DNA from: Escherichia phage PBM-1
Strand: one strand, 5' to 3'
Sequence record: PV029540
Length of the DNA stretch: 64,000 nucleotides
The notes beneath the pieces were generated by a model that was not told where the DNA came from, did no database searches, and saw only the letters and a program-made list of their open reading frames with translations. Both the position numbers and the translations under genes were made by a program. Shown in pieces: positions 59,287 through 64,000 of the stretch (positions are counted from its first letter, which is position 1; every line of letters begins with the position of its first letter).

Positions 59287-59310
59287 AAGGGAGAGCCGAG
59301 GCTCTCCCTA
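59287..59310 (-). terminator. rho-independent terminator downstream of gene 52 unit
   Basis: Minus strand GGGAGAGCC-TCGG-CTCTCCC hairpin followed by TTTTTT. Confidence 0.6.
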
Positions 59311-59313
59311 AAA

Positions 59314-59463
59314 TTACTGCATGACTGTGATAACTGTCATGATAACACGTTGAATTCCGAACGCAAGAAGACCTCCTGCTACGGCAGGAACAACACCTAA
59401 ACCCGCCAGTAAAATGCCACCAGATACTAATGCAGCGCTTGTAATACCTATGAATGGACTCAT
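59314..59463 (-). CDS. small hydrophobic membrane peptide (~49 aa)
   Basis: Hand-found ORF below track cutoff; ATG overlaps gene 52 stop (ATGA); Gly/Ala-rich helix; coordinates approximate. Confidence 0.35.
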   Translation of the reverse strand: MSPFIGITSAALVSGGILLAGLGVVPAVAGGLLAFGIQRVIMTVITVMQ

Positions 59464-60788
59464 TTGATTTCCTCTAAATCTTTGGTGTATTCTGTAACTA
59501 CATCAGTAGTTTTCCAATATTCGTTTTCTTCTTTTTTAGCTTTAGCTTCTTCAGCAAGTTTCTTTGCTTCGTCGGAAGTCATATGAAAAATATTCATTCC
59601 AACTAGTTTATCAACATAAGAAGAATACATATCAATTTTAGAAAGTTCTTCGGTCAGTTCTTTGCGAGTTTTACCTTGTACAACAATTTCACCTGAAATT
59701 ACTTTCTTAATGAAATGCGCCTTGGCAAAGGCTAAACGAAATGCTGATTCAGTTTCTTTGATTTTGTTATCAATTCGTTTTTGGACATAAGTTTTACGAA
59801 CTTCAACGAAGTCTTTGATTAAATCAACTACGTTATCGTAAACTTGTAGTTTTCCTTTCTCATTAATAACGGTAATATTCTGGGAACGACGCTCAATCAA
59901 CCCGAAGTCTTTCATAATTTTTGCATGGCGTTCTTCTTCGTTATCGCTCAAGGAATATTCTTTACGGAATTTAACTTTGAAGCCAAAACCATGCTCACCA
60001 CAAGCATCATCCCATGTAATGAAGCCTTTATCTTCAAGCGGGTCTAAGATTTTACTCACATAAGTTTCACGATCATACTTATACGGAATCTCAGTGATAT
60101 GCATTTGAGTTCGTGAAGTAAACTTGTACGTTCCACGAATTTCATATTGACCGTCAATTTCAACGACTTCACCGCGAAATTCTGGAAATTCTACCTTCGG
60201 TTTAGTTACTTTCTTTCCTTGAAGAGCTTGCAATACAGCTTTCTTGACAGAAGAAACACTATGAGGAAGAATATAAGTTGCATAACCAGTTGCAATACCG
60301 GAAACACCATTAAGAAGAACAGTAGGAATAATAGGCAAATAGAAAGCAGGCGGAATGTGTTCTTTATCTTGATGTACCGGAGCATATTCAGTATCTTTAT
60401 ATACGCTATAGAAATTTTTACTTACACGAGCAAAAATATAACGACTTGCCGCTGCTTTTTGAACGGTACGAGAACCAAAGTTTCCTTGACCATCTAACAG
60501 AGGAAAGTTATTATTCCAAGTATTAGCCATCAAAGCACCTGCGTCTTGTGCAGAGTTTTCACCATGATGATATCCAAGGTCTGCTACACCACCTGCAATA
60601 GAAGCGAGTTTGTGAAACTTATCTTTATTTCCTCGTGCCAAATCAAGAGCTCGAGCAATAACAAATCGTTGAACTGGCTTAAATCCATCAATCATATTTG
60701 GGATAGCACGATTTTCAACCGTGTACATAGCATAAGCCAATGCTTCGTTATCAATGATACTTTTTAAATCGCGATTATTCAGTTGCAT
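59460..60788 (-). CDS. 52: gp52 DNA topoisomerase II medium subunit
   Basis: 442 aa; gyrase A-like motifs; size as in T4. Confidence 0.95.
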   Translation of the reverse strand: MQLNNRDLKSIIDNEALAYAMYTVENRAIPNMIDGFKPVQRFVIARALDLARGNKDKFHKLASIAGGVADLGYHHGENSAQDAGALMANTWNNNFPLLDGQGNFGSRTVQKAAASRYIFARVSKNFYSVYKDTEYAPVHQDKEHIPPAFYLPIIPTVLLNGVSGIATGYATYILPHSVSSVKKAVLQALQGKKVTKPKVEFPEFRGEVVEIDGQYEIRGTYKFTSRTQMHITEIPYKYDRETYVSKILDPLEDKGFITWDDACGEHGFGFKVKFRKEYSLSDNEEERHAKIMKDFGLIERRSQNITVINEKGKLQVYDNVVDLIKDFVEVRKTYVQKRIDNKIKETESAFRLAFAKAHFIKKVISGEIVVQGKTRKELTEELSKIDMYSSYVDKLVGMNIFHMTSDEAKKLAEEAKAKKEENEYWKTTDVVTEYTKDLEEIK

Positions 60789-60792
60789 AAAT

Positions 60793-60933
60793 TTACCATA
60801 CTAGTGAATGTAGTGCCATAATAACATCAGAAATGAAAAGCACGACTTGAATTAATCCGAACATTACTCCATAATATAGTGCTACCAATAAAGTAGCAAG
60901 GGCTAATGAATAGCCCAAGATTTTCTTAATCAT
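60793..60933 (-). CDS. small hydrophobic peptide (~46 aa)
   Basis: Hand-found ORF below track cutoff, upstream of gene 52; coordinates approximate. Confidence 0.25.
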   Translation of the reverse strand: MIKKILGYSLALATLLVALYYGVMFGLIQVVLFISDVIMALHSLVW

Positions 60934-61083
60934 TAGTAGATAACAACACAAATGTTAAATATGCACACATACCCTGAGATAAAGCTTGTGAAAACACGCT
61001 GTTAGCATCGGTGCAGATAGTTAAAACACATGCTACTATCCAACAAATCATTGAAATAATTCCAATAATTTTCGTAATATTCA
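60925..61083 (-). CDS. small hydrophobic peptide (~52 aa)
   Basis: Hand-found ORF below track cutoff; coordinates approximate. Confidence 0.25.
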
Positions 61084-61180
61084 TAATATTCTCCTCGATT
61101 GTTTTTAAAACCTAAAACACCGAAATTTTTAAGATTGTTACGATAGAACTGCATCACATGTTCGTTATGGAAATTACTCA

Positions 61181-61636
61181 TTAGTATACCTGCAAAACAA
61201 ATTTAAAGTTATCAGCCAACATACGGTTCATTTCTTCAAGTGTTTGATACTCAGAATGATGATTACGAGTAAACGCTAAAGCTAACTGACCTTTTCCAAA
61301 TCCAGTCGTTAGAGGTTTCATCTTAGAAGCAGGCAAATAAAATACTGTGTATGGAACATTATTATTTGCAATAGTACGCGCAAGCTGAGACCGACGTTGA
61401 CGAATATGACTTAGAACTGCACTGAACCCTTGCTTAGAACGCTGATTACCTACATAAAATCGCGCAGATACACATGGACTATCAAATGGACCACCAAATT
61501 TGCTCACTAAAAAGTAAAATCCAGGTTTAGACAAAATGTCTTTATGTGGAGTTCCAAAAACCCATTCACCGCCCTTGATTGTACCAATAACAGTTGCGCC
61601 TGCATTATTCAGATCAGTAACAGTCATGTATTTCAT
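61181..61636 (-). CDS. ndd: Ndd nucleoid disruption protein
   Basis: ORF 61181-61684; 151 aa from Met17 ([19 protein letters not shown]...) matching T4 Ndd. Confidence 0.85.
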   Translation of the reverse strand: MKYMTVTDLNNAGATVIGTIKGGEWVFGTPHKDILSKPGFYFLVSKFGGPFDSPCVSARFYVGNQRSKQGFSAVLSHIRQRRSQLARTIANNNVPYTVFYLPASKMKPLTTGFGKGQLALAFTRNHHSEYQTLEEMNRMLADNFKFVLQVY

Positions 61637-61696
61637 ATTAATTTCCTCTAAATTATTTTCTACTCCAAGGCCGCATGAATACACACGGCCGATAAA

Positions 61697-61912
61697 TTAA
61701 TCGTCGCAGTCGACGCTCAATTCCCAAAACTCTTCTACGGTATATGTTTCAGTATCATTTTCAATACAGAAACGTTTATTACTGTTGTTTTCTAAAGTAG
61801 CGTTAACTGTCATTTTCTCGCTAGTGCTCTTAAGAGGTGAAATACGAATTAACTGATCACCATTATCTAAACAAAAAATTTCACCAACTTTTACATCTTT
61901 AAAAATTTTCAT
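61697..61912 (-). CDS. hypothetical protein (71 aa)
   Basis: ORF with GAGGTG SD. Confidence 0.5.
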   Translation of the reverse strand: MKIFKDVKVGEIFCLDNGDQLIRISPLKSTSEKMTVNATLENNSNKRFCIENDTETYTVEEFWELSVDCDD

Positions 61913-61920
61913 AATTCACC

Positions 61921-62031
61921 TCAAGGAGTATAAAATCCGAATGCAGTTGTTGACCATCCCATCCAATACGGAAAATTTGCACCAATGTAAAACATGAGAA
62001 TATAAAACCAACCGCTCAGCAAATTCATCAT
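61921..62031 (-). CDS. small hydrophobic peptide (~36 aa)
   Basis: Hand-found ORF; ATGA overlap with upstream stop; coordinates approximate. Confidence 0.3.
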   Translation of the reverse strand: MMNLLSGWFYILMFYIGANFPYWMGWSTTAFGFYTP

Positions 62032-62246
62032 TTTACACCATTCCAAATTGTTTCAACTACAGATTTTAAGCCATTTTGGTGAATATCCATTCCGACAACT
62101 GCCATCAAATAAATTCCAACTACAACTGAACCTAAGGCAAAAATCAGCATGAAAATGAATAAAGCCGGAAAAATATTATCGAAAAACCATTCAATAAATG
62201 TAAAAGCACTGCGTTTACGCTTCATATTTTCCTCACATAAATCCAA
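62028..62246 (-). CDS. small membrane protein (72 aa)
   Basis: ORF with a long hydrophobic helix. Confidence 0.5.
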   Translation of the reverse strand: MDLCEENMKRKRSAFTFIEWFFDNIFPALFIFMLIFALGSVVVGIYLMAVVGMDIHQNGLKSVVETIWNGVK

Positions 62247-62346
62247 AGTAAGCGTTTAATACATCAATCATTAAAACGATTGGGAATATACTCAAAACTA
62301 CTAGTATTATAACTACATTCCATATAGCTTTAACAATCTTTTTCAT
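62233..62346 (-). CDS. small hydrophobic peptide (~37 aa)
   Basis: ORF 62233-62442; upstream part is a promoter element; start at Met33. Confidence 0.4.
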   Translation of the reverse strand: MKKIVKAIWNVVIILVVLSIFPIVLMIDVLNAYFGFM

Positions 62347-62359
62347 TTTCTGTTCCTCC

Positions 62360-62420
62360 GTAGTTGATAGGATAATAATACCACAGAGGAACAGTCTTGT
62401 AAACAACTTTTTAAAAATAT
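62360..62420 (-). promoter_or_regulatory. T4-type early promoter
   Basis: Minus strand GTTTACA-N17-TATTAT. Confidence 0.5.
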
Positions 62421-62588
62421 TCGTAATAAATGTGAATACCAATCACTACCGCTGAAACTTGCGCAACCCACCACGCACAAGCAATAAGTACAGAATTCAA
62501 AATTTTCATAATAACCTCATTACAAAAGTAAATGTTAAACAAATTAATGGAATACTAATTAACCAAACAAAACACCACCACAATGAAC

Positions 62589-62852
62589 TCATAGTTCAAT
62601 CTCAGCGATTTTCATTTCATTACTATTAATAGCCGCTTTAAGACTATCTGAAAGAATTACACACCAGTGGTCATTCATATGACCATTAACTAAACGTGTA
62701 ATTTCTTCAGGAGTTGAAAAATAAGGCGTATCAGACTCCCAATGCGATAATCCCAAGCGAGTATAAATCATACCTTCATCATCGCTAGAATATTCAACTG
62801 ACACAAACTCATCAGTTATTTTATGTTTAGCGTAATAAAATTTAAATTTCAT
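62589..62852 (-). CDS. hypothetical protein (~87 aa)
   Basis: ORF 62589-62945; conserved early promoter covers the first 31 codons, so start at Met32. Confidence 0.45.
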   Translation of the reverse strand: MKFKFYYAKHKITDEFVSVEYSSDDEGMIYTRLGLSHWESDTPYFSTPEEITRLVNGHMNDHWCVILSDSLKAAINSNEMKIAEIEL

Positions 62853-62867
62853 TTTTACTCCTCCGTA

Positions 62868-62930
62868 GCTGATAGTTGTATAGTACCACAGTCCTTGTGG
62901 TATGTAAACCATTTTGTGAAAATTTTTTAA
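62868..62930 (-). promoter_or_regulatory. T4-type early promoter
   Basis: Minus strand GTTTACA-N17-TACTATA. Confidence 0.5.
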
Positions 62931-63484
62931 ATGGAAAGATACCATCCGTTGTAGTTGCTTTTTCTTACAACCTTACGAAGGTCTTCTCTATCACCGATGA
63001 ACTTCGGAGTGTACTGGATGACACCTGGATGAATTTCTTTAGTGTTGAATATAATTATACAGTCAGCGACCTGATGATTCAGAATGGGCCCTAGATTTAT
63101 TCCAGAACCGTATGGATACTCTCCGCTGCATCCTGTTGTTACAGAAATCCAACGTGAGTCAGTTTGATGTGTCTTAACTTCTACACGAAGCCCGCAGTAT
63201 CTTGGATGCGCCAATACATCCCATGCGTATGTATACGGGTCATTAACATCCTCTTGGCCTTTGTTAACATACCCGCTTAGCCAATCTGCTACAAAAAACT
63301 CTGCGTACACCGCGATACGGCATCTTTCGATGACTTCTGCTTTATCCTGATTAGGATTTTGTTTTAAAGAGTATCTTGCTGTATCAGCAATTTTGACCTT
63401 CATTTCACTAGTCAAGTCGCTGTTCGATAGGGTAAATGTCGGAATCTGAAATAGTCTCTGTAAACCTGGATTCGTTTTCTGCAT
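62927..63484 (-). CDS. denB: endonuclease IV-like (DenB)
   Basis: 185 aa, size and position as T4 denB; identity from synteny only. Confidence 0.6.
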   Translation of the reverse strand: MQKTNPGLQRLFQIPTFTLSNSDLTSEMKVKIADTARYSLKQNPNQDKAEVIERCRIAVYAEFFVADWLSGYVNKGQEDVNDPYTYAWDVLAHPRYCGLRVEVKTHQTDSRWISVTTGCSGEYPYGSGINLGPILNHQVADCIIIFNTKEIHPGVIQYTPKFIGDREDLRKVVRKSNYNGWYLSI

Positions 63485-63794
63485 TTAGACTTTCCTTTTT
63501 ACCGCTGAGATAAGCGTTATATACTTTAAGAGTGCCGTAATAAATTCGGTCATTTTCATCTAAAGACTCACGGTCAAGTTCATCGAGTTCCTTTTTATCC
63601 ATGACTATAACATCATTGCAGTAAAGAAACCCAAGTTTTTCGTGACCAAACTCAAATTTATTGCAGTACACAATATTAGCGTGATGATTTCCGTGTAGAT
63701 TAATCTCTTTTATGTCGGAATCACCGATATTCATACAATAAATCATAATTTCCCTTAAAACAAAAGGGCCGAAGCCCTTATTTAAATTGTGCAA
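63408..63794 (-). CDS. hypothetical protein
   Basis: 128-aa ORF overlapping denB 5' end out of frame; start uncertain. Confidence 0.4.
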   Translation of the reverse strand: MHNLNKGFGPFVLREIMIYCMNIGDSDIKEINLHGNHHANIVYCNKFEFGHEKLGFLYCNDVIVMDKKELDELDRESLDENDRIYYGTLKVYNAYLSGKKESLNAENESRFTETISDSDIYPIEQRLD

Positions 63795-63972
63795 TTCTTT
63801 TTTCTAAACAATCTGCATAAGATTTCATTGAGATGAGCTGCGAAAGCATCAGTTCTTGCTCAACTTCATTAATCGTTAGAAACTTTGTGCTTTCTAAAAA
63901 TTTGCTCAGTGCATTAATTTTGAGCATTAATTGATCGTATTCTTCTTTTACTCGTGCTTGATAACCTAACAT
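63778..63972 (-). CDS. hypothetical protein (64 aa)
   Basis: ORF flanked by GGGCCGAAGCCC hairpins. Confidence 0.4.
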   Translation of the reverse strand: MLGYQARVKEEYDQLMLKINALSKFLESTKFLTINEVEQELMLSQLISMKSYADCLEKRIAQFK

Positions 63973-64000
63973 AATTTTCCTTAGTTAAGGGCCGAAGCCC

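Overview
This window is a segment of a T4-like (T-even, Tequatrovirus-type) coliphage genome; all identifications are by eye from the supplied ORF translations and sequence, with no database search run. Coordinates 1-18788 are mostly minus-strand early genes (regB, a GrcA-like glycyl-radical protein, denV, capsid-targeted internal proteins, lysozyme e, nudE, an 8-tRNA cluster with embedded GIY-YIG and HNH homing endonucleases, 57B/57A, genes 1, 3, 2, 4). Coordinates 18836-45603 are plus-strand late structural genes in canonical order (53, 5, 5.1, 5.4, 6-12, wac, 13-18, an HNH endonuclease inserted between 18 and 19, 19, 20, 67, 68, 21). At about 45512 the gene 21 reading frame joins tail-to-tail onto the first ~94 codons of rnh on the opposite strand, so genes 22, 23 and the rest of the canonical interval up to rnh are absent; this is the most striking feature and implies a large deletion, an engineered construct or an assembly chimera. 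After the junction come 34, 35, 36, a distal tail fibre gene 37 with a C-terminal chaperone-like domain, a glycine-rich T2-type gp38 adhesin, holin t, then minus-strand asiA, arn, motA, 52, ndd, denB. I found no CRISPR array, integrase or recognisable defence operon. The best candidates for undescribed function are the capsid-targeted internal-protein paralogues, the small unknown genes flanking the tRNA/homing-endonuclease locus, and a macro-domain-like early protein. Coordinates I derived by hand (tRNAs, promoters, hairpins, sub-60-aa ORFs) may be off by 1-3 nt.
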